DNA of 64,000 nucleotides from Dicyema japonicum. Taxonomy: Eukaryota > Animalia > Dicyemida. The notes under the pieces were generated by a model. It saw only the letters and a list, made by a program, of their open reading frames with translations. It made no database searches and was not told the DNA's origin. The translations under genes and the position numbers were made by a program. The number at the start of each line of letters is the position of its first letter. Position 1 is the stretch's first letter. This document shows, piece by piece, positions 1-11,094 of the stretch. Location: the NCBI GenBank assembly GCA_011109175.1, contig RDEW01000012.1, positions 330,762-394,761 of the forward strand, given 5' to 3'.

Positions 1-255
1 ATACATGGTTTATCTGATATGTTCTATCGATTAATGTCTGTTTCCACAAAAGGCGGTCAAGTAATGAAAAGTTCTAGGTAACACACTCCTACTCGAGTCC
101 ACATGTCACATTCAAAGTACATCCCTAACCAACTGGACTAATACTATTGATTTTGATTAAGTATATTTCAAGTTGTCACCAATTGTGTGTAATGACAGTT
201 CAATTATAGCACGTGACAATAGTGTTAATCACAAGACAACGTTAATAAATGTTAA

Positions 256-763
256 TCAAACTTTGTAAGGCTTTGGAGCACAAAATCTAAGGTGGTCCCC
301 TCTTTGTCCAAACTCGTCATCCAGTGTGGTTACCAAACACTCTCTCTGGTCATCAGGGATTTCTGGGGTCTTCACAAACTCCATGGGACCGTCAGATTCC
401 TCAATGGAGACCCTTTCTACCTTTGATCTTTTCTTTTTCCCATTGAGAGACATTTTGGAGAACAAGTACCTGACAAGCTTACCTTTGGAAGACTTTTTGA
501 CTGAGTTCTTAGAAAGTGACTCAATTTTGAGTGAATTGACAGCCAAGTCTGCTATTTTGTCATTTTTGCAGTTAATATCGTCATTTTTGTTAATGAAGAC
601 GTTGAATTTGTAATTAGACCTGTCGAGAGATGAGTCCTTGCACACCAAATCAAGCAATTCAGCAATCACATAACCACAATATTAATATTAACTACTTTTC
701 AGGAACAGTGAAGTCTTTTGTGGAGCCATCTGGTAATATAACTGGGATAGTAAAATTTTCCAT
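256..763 (-). CDS. Host gene with N-terminal Cordon-bleu/RBD-type ubiquitin-like domain (3' exons probably continue below 256)
   Basis: ATG at 763 gives MENFTIPVILPDGSTKDFTVPE. Removing a 22-nt intron (674-695) joins it in frame to NYVIAELLDLVCKDSSLDRSNYKF. The pattern V.LPDG....V......ELL..VC....L..S.Y matches Cobl/RBD ubiquitin-like folds. The intron ends in GG, not AG. Confidence 0.5.
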
Positions 764-869
764 TACAAAAACACGACAATACAAATAGCGCGACAAAATT
801 AATTTATTAAATAATTAATATTACATTTAAATATATAATTATTAATATTATTCATCATATTCATAATTA

Positions 870-2420
870 TTGTTGGACAAAATCACCTCCTTCCTGGGAA
901 GACTAGTATTTTACTGTGTCGGAAGACCCCACCCTCAACACTTTTCTAGTAATCAAGGAATGCCTAGGGATTCCTTGAGTTCTGTATAGAACCGGGACTC
1001 CTTTATTTTCATTTGTATCACGGTCTGAAAATGAGTGGTCTTTCCTTAGACATCTGTCCCCGACGACTTTTTGCGTAGACACATCGGAGACACTTCCAGG
1101 AACCAATGGAGCCCTCAGGTGAACCGGTACCATTTAATCAGTTCGGTTATCTTCTTTCTATATAAAATATTTTTAAAATATCTAACCGGAGAATCCTACC
1201 GGTTCACTTAATGAGAAACGAGTTGTTGACGGTTCTCGCCCACCAATAGACGACTTGGAAGCTACCCTTAATAGAGATTCCAGAAAATCTCATAAAAACC
1301 ACTCAAAATATTTCCCTTTCTTGGTGGATCTAAATTTTTGCTTTTTCATCTGACCATATTGGTCACATAATTAACCGAATCATTCCGGGACTAGACCACC
1401 ATGACTTTAAGGAACTTTTGGGAGCGCCCGCCACTCTCACGTACATTGGGATAACTAACTACCGGTCAACAAATAAAAACGAAAGTTAAATCGTTTTCTC
1501 GGGAAGACTTACAGACAAATACACAGTGTGAATATTGAAGACCTACAATGTGTGGGAAACTAATGATTGGGAACACAGCGTGTATTCTATTAGGCCAGTA
1601 AATACAATTATGTTTAAGCATAATAGTATTATGGGATTATTATTACTCAAGAGAGTATAATCAATATTACATATACTACTTTAAGGCCATCCGAAAACTA
1701 GGCTTGGCCGATCTGCTGGATCAACTGGAAACTACCCTCGACAGAAACAAGGAGCACCGTAGCACAACTTCGTTCTGGGCACTTCCTCCTTAGAGTTGAG
1801 TCGGACTGTTGGCTCTTATCAGCGGAACAACTATTAATGATACTACAAAAAGCTTTCTCTTACTCGGGACCTCCGACGAACTCGAATACTTGTAGAAGCG
1901 TCCAGCACAAGATATCGAGGTTGGGACAACTAAACCACCTAAATCGAGTTTTTTTATTTATTTTATATTTTGGACTACTAACCCACCTAATTCGAGTCTT
2001 TTTGCATGTAGTAAAATAATTTATTTTATTAATCCGAATACAGTAAACTATTCAATATATTAATAATTCCATAAATAAAATATTTTATCATAATAAAGAC
2101 ACCAATGAACATAAACATATTAATTCAATTTTGAATATTTTAATAATAAACTACCTCCTGATAATCCAAGTCAAAGGCAATACATGACCACATCTCTACC
2201 TAAGCAATCTGAATACTGGTTTAGAACGATCTAATGAATGGACCTTCTCCACTGGTGGATAACTCGGAGACTACCCTCGACAGAAAAACAAGGAGGACCC
2301 TACACAATTATGTTCTTGGCATTTCCTCCTAATAGATGAATCGGGCTATTGATTTCTTCTACCCGAGCAGTTATCATTGATTCTATAAGAACTTTCTCTT
2401 TCCCAGAACCTCCGGTGCTA
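870..2420 (+). other. Three tandem, diverged, decayed copies of an unidentified intronless ORF
   Basis: Shared translated motif IDDLEATLNR (1246), LDQLETTLDR (1716) and VDNSETTLDR (2255). Copies 2 and 3 align over about 160 bp with several synonymous third-position changes. Confidence 0.55.
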
Positions 2421-3068
2421 CTTTTTGGCTATTCCTCTTCTGGATTGAGGGAAAATTATAATCCCATAATAATCAACGACTTGTGCGAGTACCCACAACA
2501 TCGTTTCTCATATTTCTATGAGTAACATACGAAAGACTGATGAGGTCCACGAGCCATGCAAAACAAATTCTTACAAAGGACTACAGAAACTAAATATTTT
2601 CGTACACTCGTCAAAAGAACTCCTTTCAATCTGGAGAACTACATTAAAAAACTTTACCGACATACCATAGCACAGGCTCTACCACATGGAATTTGTACTG
2701 TCGGAGTGAATGCTCTACCAGATCAATTCACTACCTCGGACAACTGCTGGGCAATACAAATCAATGGATCGACCTCTAGTTACAGAAATTATGACCCGTA
2801 GATGTGGAGCCAGACTCCCCCGCTTTTGTTAAGAAAACAGAAAACCAATTTTCCTATCTCTGTCCACGGCAAATGAAAGTCTATCTCTTAATAAGTTCTT
2901 TACCCCAATCGATTTCCCATGCAAACGCGAGAGTAGACGCTTCAAGGTAGCGGTGGATACAATGGAGGACTACAGAAGTAAATGGTGGTTCTAATTGGGG
3001 GAACTGGTATTACCTAAACTATTTGCTTATACTTTTTCTTTCTCTGTGACCCCGGGGTTCTAAATAAT
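2420..3068 (+). mobile_element. Vingi-like LINE 3' fragment
   Basis: Aligns to the 3' end of the 29947-32969 element (GLQKLN..R.LV.R, atggagga.tacaga, and tail ctttctctgtgaccccggggtt followed by A/T-rich sequence). Confidence 0.75.
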
Positions 3069-3699
3069 ATAATTTCATGACAACCTCATACCTCTACATT
3101 TTATTGTTGAGGATTTCGACAATTCTCTCCTTGAAAAAATGTCATGCCTTCCATCGACCTAACAAAAGCTTTCGATCGAATTTCTCATGTCCTCCATTCA
3201 AAAAAGTATCGACAATATCCTTTATTCTGGAAATCCTGGTTCGCAAATTCCCTTTTCTGGAGACTGAAAAAAAACTTGTTTATATTATATGTCTTGTTTT
3301 CGTTACCTCACCAACAGAGTTCTTCATTTATCAGTCCTCTCTCCCTCATTTTTCAATCTTCACCTCAGTGTGTGCCAACAGCTCTCCCTATCTTGATCTC
3401 ACTACAAAGATATAATTCAAATATGTAAGATAATGTTCAAAATCACTCTGCTGTCCGTGGATGCATCCCCATCGAAGCCTTCAATAACCTTAAATATCAA
3501 ATCAACTGTTCATCAAAACCAGGCGATATTTGTTGTGCAGTAGCATGTCACTCAATTGACCGAAAAAGTCCCTTTAACAATGCGACACAATCGGTGCCAT
3601 GAAGCATCGATATTTTGAATCAGATGGGCACGTGCTTAGAATGGACATAAACGCCCCCTGAAAATAAAATGATGGGAAATTACTTCAACAATGAGAACA

Positions 3700-5317
3700 A
3701 CAACAACAACAACGATTTATTGACAAAAGAGTTAAGGAGATTTCTGGAGGGTATTACATCTGAGTCCTACCATAAGGCTTGGACTCCACACCTGGACCCT
3801 TCCTCCTTTTTTTATTTTTTTATTATTAATCTCTTTCAGGACGTTTCTCCCAGCTTTATATACGTGTCCTGGACCTTTGATCTCCTCCTGAAACCATTGG
3901 TCCGATCCTCCACAATCTTGCTAATCGGTTCTAAGAGCTTGTTTTCGTCCTCGCTTAGACAGTCTTTCAGTTTCTTTTTAAAGGAGAGCTTAATTGCAGC
4001 TCTTCTAGTCTTCTCTAGGAGGGATAAGATCTTCGGAGAGAAGAACCACCCCTTGCACCCATAAAGTAGGCTAGGGAAAATAACTCCCTTGAAGATAAAC
4101 AGGTAAGTATCACGGCTAACGTGTAACTTCCGTGTACATAGGAGCGACTGAAAGGCTCTCTTTCTCCTCCCCTTTATGTCGTCCATGTAATCTCCTGCGT
4201 GTCCATAGTCGACCCCCATGTAGCGCAGACTGTGTGAATTGTTTACTCCCAATGTGTATTCTTGTTTTCAGGTGCTTTTTCAAACTGCTTATTCGGAGTG
4301 CGCAAGATTTTTCAGCAGAAAGCTTTAGCCCTCTCAAGTTGCACCAATGCTCAATCTGGTAGACATACTCCCGGATTCTTCCTTCAGATATAGAAGATTT
4401 TAGAAATGTGTCCACCACGATTACGTCATCCGCATAAGAAGACTAGTATTAATATTCCTCGGACGTGGAAAACTCGCTATAAATATATTAAACAAAATAG
4501 GGCTCAATACTGAACCTTGAGGTACTCCTCTTTTGAATGATATTGCATCAGATATATATCCACACACCTTCACAAAAGATTGTCTTTCCTGAAGATAATT
4601 TCTTAGCCAAACAAATAGGTATCTTGGAACACATGCTGATACAAGCTGCTTTAACAACGCTTCATGGCATACACTGTCGAATGCTTTCGAGATATCAAGA
4701 CATAATAAGTTTATTTGTCTCTTGGAATCCTTTGCTTTCATGATTTTAGAATTCAGTAGAAAGAAACAGTCTGCACAGCCTCTTCCGGGACGAAAACCCT
4801 ACTGCTCCGGAATCAGAAAGTCGTTTTCTTCTATATGTCTGCTTAGCCTTTTGAAAATGATACGTTCAATCACTTTCGCGAAAGAACATATTAAGCTAAT
4901 TGGTCTGTAGCTTGCCGGATCTCTCTTTGGCTTCCCTGGTTTTGGAATCATCCTCACAACAGCTTTCTTCCATATTAAAGGCAAGTGACCAAGTCGCAAA
5001 CACCCATCATAAAGACATCGCAGATAGTCAAACAAAATATCCGGACCCTCTTTGATAAGTTTCATTGATATGTGGTCATATCCTGGAGCATTGACCTTGC
5101 ATTCCCTGATAGCTGTCATCACTTCAAAGATGCTGACAGTGCTATCAGCAATAGGTAGTTCCTCGTCGGAGTGTTTAAATATATCGGCAGACACCTTCTT
5201 TTTGTCATCAGGGATCAAACTCCACGGATCCACACCCTGAATTTTTTGGAGCTGATCCCTGAATATCGAAGGTGTTTCCTCCGTTATGCATACTCCCCCG
5301 TCTGGTTTATCTGGTAT
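3700..5317 (-). mobile_element. 5'-truncated I/Jockey-like LINE (RT), near-identical to 57407-60118
   Basis: RT motifs YRPISLI, LDISKAFDSV, GVPQGSVLSP. Tail of (GTT)n after AATAAA. TSD aacaatg(a/t)gaaca at 3687-3699 and 5318-5330. Confidence 0.95.
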
Positions 5318-5550
5318 AACAATGTGAACAGACCGCTGTTCAGAAGTAGGTCTAGAGTCACTCTCCTTGTGGCTCTAAATAAGGATCTTATGGGATTGGA
5401 AGAAAACGTATGTGTGCGGACGAAGACCTACGAGCAGATGCAAAAAACAAGGGCTGATGAAGATGCCCAGTTAAGAAAATATTGAATCGTTTGTGATTTT
5501 GGTTAACGTAACGTTCCTTGGTTCTGTGAACGTGCCTTTATTAATAATAT
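5318..5550 (+). mobile_element. RTE-like LINE 3' end; its upstream part (about 3600-3699) is separated by the LINE insertion
   Basis: GHVLRMD..P...M..YF before the insertion continues as FRSRSRVTLLVALNKDL after it, matching the other RTE C-termini in the window. Confidence 0.75.
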
Positions 5551-5602
5551 GTTGGCCCCATGCATATCACTCTCAGTAATCGGTAAATTAATCGCCAGTA
5601 AA

Positions 5603-6049
5603 TTCAAGGTAAAATCATCGCCGTCAAGGGACCTCGTGGGTTGGTTCCTAGATAGAAGAGTTCGAAATTTTGATTTTTTATTTTATCGTTAATTTGATTT
5701 AGAGATTAAATCGACAATAGGAACCACGTAGGTAGGTTGTCAATATAGTTATTTACTGTATAGCTTTAACTCTTCGCCAGTCTTTCTACTCTTCAGCGAG
5801 GGCTAATTCTCGTCAGTTAAATCCTACCCGTAAGGCGACGAGTCCTTACGACACGATGCAGTTGCCTGGCCAACTCTAACGGTGAGATTCCCATTATGAA
5901 AACTTTTCTGCATTATAATGAAGTTACCACTTTAGCCAATAGAAAAAATCTCATTTTAACACTTTTTTTTTAGAGAATTGAACTATTCGATTTCTTCTAT
6001 CTAAGAACCCGCCCACGAGGTCCCTTGACGGCGATGATTTTACCTTGAA
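5603..6049. mobile_element. MITE-like element with 57-bp terminal inverted repeats
   Basis: 5603-5659 and the reverse complement of 5993-6049 match at 54/57 positions (ttcaaggtaaaatcatcgccgtcaagggacctcgtggg...). The interior is non-coding. No clear TSD. Confidence 0.8.
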
Positions 6050-6064
6050 CCCGCACTCTCATAC

Positions 6065-6870
6065 AAAAGGTACAGTAGGTTCTATCTCATCCTATAAGGG
6101 AGTGATTAAATTTTACTCCTATTGACCACCTACATAAGATGAAGATCCTACCATCGGGTGATCACTTATAAATGCTGAGTTTACAATATTTCAATCACTT
6201 GACCCTAACAACCAAATCTTCCACTAATCAAATCCATCAATCGCAGGCACATTCGCGAGATCTTTTGTTAAAAACTCTTTAAAATCTCACATCCGCTAAA
6301 AACAGAATTTGGACTGAAAGAATACACGACGTCCTGTCCATATGTGCTGGGCCTTTAAAGACAACAAAATGCTGTGACCCAGACCTCTAAGATCACCACT
6401 TTATTATCAAAGCTTCCAAAGGCTGTCATAGTGAGACTCACATCTCTGCGGTTTGGACATAGTTCATCTCTTTTGAAAAAGAAGTTCGAGATCTCTATGC
6501 TCGTCCTTGAAGATCTCTAGTAGTGACCTGTCTTTGCGGTGAGCTTCCTAATTGTCATCAGATTCCTTCATGTTAACAAGCTGTAGTTGACAATTTAATT
6601 TCGTAACCTAAAGATCAAAGACCTCCAATCAGCCAACTCTAAGGAGGTTTTCTGGCTCCGTGAAGAATACAGATACCTACAAAGGCCTTGTCAAAATGTT
6701 GGCCTGGGTAATCTCAAACATCACCATGTAGCACGATAATAAAGAGGTTACATGGAATGTCCAACATATACAGAGAGCTACAGTATATGTGCTTGGATGA
6801 CCTCACCCACTCTACAGTCCCTTAACAAGAAAACTTGAAAAAGCTCTTCTATCGAAATATTATTATAGGC
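6065..6870 (+). other. Putative endogenous viral element: Mononegavirales L protein methyltransferase region, decayed
   Basis: Translated fragments occur in L order: TVGSISSYKG (hR.hG..Ss..YK), TIFQSLD...NPS (IFNSL...PPS), AVIVRL, then SS...GEFLIV. There are many stops and frameshifts, and the GxGxG motif is not seen. Confidence 0.4.
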
Positions 6871-7889
6871 AAATCCTGTTTAAATCGAAAAAATCAGATT
6901 TTTTTTTATTTTTTTCATAAAAATCATGATTTTTAACAAACCCTTCGTAATCCGTTCTACCAGTTTTCTTATGTAAATTTCATCCTCGAAGTCTCCACAG
7001 TTCATCTACGGAGTAGAATTGACAGACTGGGAGTATGATAAGGACATAAAAACTATTAGAGACCACTTAAACTAACAAAATTTATTGTAGGATTATTAAT
7101 TAAAGTCAAATTATGACTAATTTTTAAAGACAATTATTTATCAAAGAAACAAATGTTAATTGAGGAAGCCTGTACATTATATTATGGATTCAACAAATAG
7201 TGTTGAAGGCTGTTATCAAAATGTCTAATATATTTTATTTCGTTAACCTATAAATATGGACTATTTTTCACTATTTGAATTGTCCTTATTTATATTCTCG
7301 GGGCTATATTTCTTTTCAATCTGTTTGTATTCCTAATTGTTATGCATCTGCATAATGTCAAGAAATTTTTTTGTAATCCAATAATATATTTAATTAGAAG
7401 AGAAAAATAACATTTGATCAGTTATTTCTGATTTTTTTATTTTATTTTCTTCGAACTACATAGAATTTTCACTTTCGATTGTTAGCCTGCTTGAACATTG
7501 TTTTTGTTCCATAACCTATTTCATTATCATCCTGGCTACCTTTTTGATTTTTATTCAAAATTTTACCGACGATCTCTTCTGGAATAAATATATATCATAC
7601 TTTTATAAATGAGATAACCTTCCATGTTTATGCAGAGGGAACCGGCAACCAAATTTGTGCAGTCGTCCACATTGTTCCGTGTCTAAACCACCCCTCCGAG
7701 ACTTCTGAGGACATTTCCACAAAATTCCTTCTTCTGAGAGGGGACATTGAGAAGAGAATGAACACATATTTATTATTCATTCCTCTCTCCAATTCACTCA
7801 TATTCCGAAATACATGGCACCTACAACCTTACTGAAAGTCTCTGAGTAGTCCAGCACAAGGAGTCCGAATATTATCATTTATCGACGGT

Positions 7890-7990
7890 TTTTTAATGAG
7901 GCAATGAAGTCATCGCGCTTAATCGAACATTTAAAGCGTAAACATCCCAACTTAATTGGAAAAAAACAAAAATTTTTTCTTAACTAAAAA
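7890..7990 (+). mobile_element. Buster/ZBED5-type hAT transposase BED-finger fragment
   Basis: Reads NEAMKSSRLIEHLKRKHPNL, then K.FF, resembling NEsMKPSkL.rHL..KHp. Confidence 0.6.
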
Positions 7991-8057
7991 AGAATCTTTT
8001 GTAGTATCAATCTTTATTTATTATTTATATATAATTTATAGTTGTTGTGATGTTGAC

Positions 8058-8530
8058 ATGTCCGTTTCTAATCATACCGAGAAATCGAATCCTATGGGCC
8101 TTCCTGCAAAATCAAATAAAGAAGATAGTATAGTAGAAGCAGGACCGTCGTCTGTAGGGCTGGATAATATCACAAGAACTAATATCAACATCGTTGGGAA
8201 TATTGGTGCCCAAACCAACTTGCATTCACTATCTGCCATTATTGAAGAGGTCCACTGTGTCTCTGAAGCTGAGTGGGTATCTCAGATTTTTCTTGCCACG
8301 AAACAAAGATTTGGAAGGATACCTAGAGGTGGCTGGAACCTCGTACTTAAAAAGTTCAATGAAAAGTACTCCAAGAGTTCCAGTCTATGTCAGCTAAAAA
8401 AGATGCTGAAACCTGAAAATCGGAATAACAATGTAAAAGGAGGCGAATGTTTCAAAGTGCAAAATAATACTAATGTGGAAATTTCCACCTTCAGAAATTG
8501 CCTTGAGGAACTAAAAGTACAAATTGAGAA
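8058..8530 (+). mobile_element. Probable N-terminal (myb-like) region of an RLE-type non-LTR element, truncated by a LINE
   Basis: Intronless ORF ...GRIPRGGWNLVLKKFNEKY..., which ends abruptly at an inverted LINE fragment. R4-like elements occur elsewhere in the window. Confidence 0.3.
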
Positions 8531-8532
8531 AA

Positions 8533-9682
8533 TTAAGTCAGTGTGACAGATGTAAACATTGTGACAGATGACTTTGTTGATGATGTGTCGAGTCTCCACT
8601 TCGAGAGCCATAGTTTCAGCTTGTCAAGCATTCGTTGAGCGGAATGAGTCGCTGATTGAATGCTTCTGTCCTTGAAGGCAAGAATGATATCGTCGGCATA
8701 GGAGAGGATTAGGCAGTTTTCATTACAGGTTAGTGGCATTTCGTTTTTAGATTTAAAAGGGCTGACGATAGTGGGGATCCTTGAAAGACTCCATTTGGTA
8801 TGAGACGGGATTTTGACTTTATGTTATTGCAAATCCACGTCTCCCACTTAAGAAGTTGGCAATCCATAGTTTTATGTTCGGATGGATGCACGTATCGTAA
8901 ATTTTCTCACTAGGAGTTTTCTTGAGACTGTGTCGAAAGCCTTTGTTATATCAACAGAGACCAAGACTGTTAGTTGGTGTGGTTTAGTGGAATTGAATCC
9001 CTCCGCAATGAACTGGCACAGGGACGTTAGGTATGTTGCTGTTGAGTGTTTAGCCCGGATTCCATGTTGGAAAGGAGAGATGTAGTCTGGATGTAGTCTT
9101 TGATATCTTCAAGAACTAATCTTTCGAGTATTCAAAGTGAACATGAAATCGAGATTAATCTGTAGGAAGAGGGGTCATTTTTGGATTTTCCTAGTTCAAG
9201 ATCGGTTTGATGTATGATCTATTCCAGACATCCAGAATAATGTTCATATTTATTGATATTGTAAATATGTAAGCAATTAAATCTAAAGCAAGAGGTCCTA
9301 TATGCTTTAGTTCTGTTGTATAAATATTGTCTGGACCTAGAAATTCCAAAGAGTTTCGGGCCTTTGATATTGCCCACTGGACGTCCTTCGCCGTAAATGT
9401 GGTCCACACGTATGATCCTTTCGGTTTTATTCTGTTTAAGAGTACTTGGTGTTCTTTGGAGTGGTTTTTATATGCTATGAAAGCATAGTATTTCATTAAG
9501 GTGTTTGGTTGTAATGATATCCCTTTTTGCGGTTCATCAAAAGACATTTTGATAGACTTGATTTTGTCCCAGACCTTCTGTACTGACGGATTTTCTGTTA
9601 GGGCTTTTGATAGTTCAGTCCAGCGTTTCTCGTTTGTTTTATTGATATATTGAGAAGAGCTGTTCAGGATTCTCGACCTCAA
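8533..9682 (-). mobile_element. Vingi-like LINE RT fragment
   Basis: GPDNI...LKHIGP, VDITKAFD, LSYADDIIL; similar to 39175-40640. Confidence 0.85.
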
Positions 9683-10770
9683 ATTGGTCTGGTTTCAGTA
9701 ACCTCTTTGAATTGGCCAGAGGATTCTCATCACAAACACATTCGATAGAGGAGTAAGGGAAAATTTTAGTGCGGCCTTTCAAAAGGCTGACGATTCATCT
9801 AAAGCACTTAAGCCAGTATGCAATTGGCTACCCCACACAAATACCTGTCTATAAACTACAATATCATCACACCAATTGAAAGTTGGAAAACCGAAGGGAG
9901 AACCTGCTTCATATAAACCCATCTCCCTAGCCTGCATACTTACTTGAAAAACTTGTAATCTCAGTCAGTACTCCTTATCTTCATTAACCTGGATCTACCA
10001 CTACACCATCTCAACTTAGTGCTTACTGATTTAATGCTACTCCACTTTACATGCGTACAATGTTGGTCTCCATTGACATTAACAAAGCCAACTTTTTCTC
10101 TGAAAGATGTAGAAGTTGCATCTCAGATGTAAATCACAATTACTACCAAACGTAGTGTCTAAGGGTCTCTCCTACTCTATTTAGCCTATTCTTTCACGAC
10201 TTACCACCTAGTAGGAACGAAGACTCATTGTTACTATCCTACACGGATGATTTAATCATCACAGCATGCAACCGTTTACGCAAGTCACAACCACTAATGT
10301 CCAAATAAAAGTGAATATTGTATACCATTGATTTCCAATCCCATACGATTTCGGCCGCAAAAATCGATTTGTACTTTATTCACCTCAGACCGTCCTTCCA
10401 AAGTTGAACCGAGGATTTTCATTGGCTCTGTTTAGATACAGGTAACAAGGTCTCGCTCAATTATTAAAGTAACGTACAGGCTGTTGAATTTCAATTCCAA
10501 TTCGAAACAAGTCTTCACCAACGCCTCCAGAAGATGAACGTTGTACGTGCATTTTCAGGAGACCCCTTTAAATTTGGACGACTCTTACGACAATATACCA
10601 GTAAACCAAGTATGTCTCTGTAAAAATTCAAGCTATTGGAGACTGCTTCACAGACTAAATTCAATTTATAGAATAACAATTTTTATGTTGGGTTTTCATA
10701 CTAAATCATCAGTCACTCTTCTAACAACATACGACTGCATCTGTGAGGAAAGTAGAAACCCGCTTTGCCT
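9683..10770 (+). mobile_element. Degenerate Vingi-like LINE with internal deletions
   Basis: Segments align to 30900-32750 (tggtctggtttcagtaacct; SIDINKA; LSY.DD). Confidence 0.75.
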
Positions 10771-10784
10771 GTCTATTATTATTA

Positions 10785-10945
10785 GGGTGGAACAATGGTT
10801 AGGTGGCTTAGGTCACGGGTTCGATTCTCGCTGCTGTTTACCCGGTGGAAGGTTCCACGCATCTACGATGCGGAAAGGACTTGACGAGTGACCGCCGTCA
10901 TCAGTGAAGATTCACTGCGGAACTGGATAGTCAAAAGGACATACA
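10785..10945 (+). mobile_element. tRNA-derived SINE (family A), copy 1
   Basis: A-box-like gtggaacaatgg and B-box ggttcgattctc. The core ggtgga.gg..ccacgcatctacgatgc.gaaagg is shared with 37783-37898. Confidence 0.75.
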
Positions 10946-11094
10946 CACAAGAAAAAGAAAAAAACAAAGAAGCAAAGAACATTCCTTGGTTCTACTTCTA
11001 CGATTAGTTATAATAACTGTTCTTTACTTAAATAAAGTGTGTGTTCTGCACGAGCGAAACCCTAGGCGTGCTTACGGCAACGCGGTTGTGCTTA

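Noticed and set aside
2537-2565. Hammerhead ribozyme at ctgatgaggtcc
   Set aside because: There is no GAAA core or closing stems, and it lies within Vingi coding sequence.
2990-3060. Viral L-like WGELVLPKLF followed by a LINE tail (virus-LINE chimera)
   Set aside because: The whole of 2420-3068 aligns to the Vingi C-terminus, so it is an ordinary LINE fragment.
3669-4064. Numerous antisense ORFs over LINEs (this and similar)
   Set aside because: They are shadow frames opposite RT coding sequence with no independent motifs.
7570-7870. RdRp GDNQ motif (EGTGNQI)
   Set aside because: The catalytic Asp is absent and flanking motifs are unconvincing. It may instead relate to the 870-2420 family.
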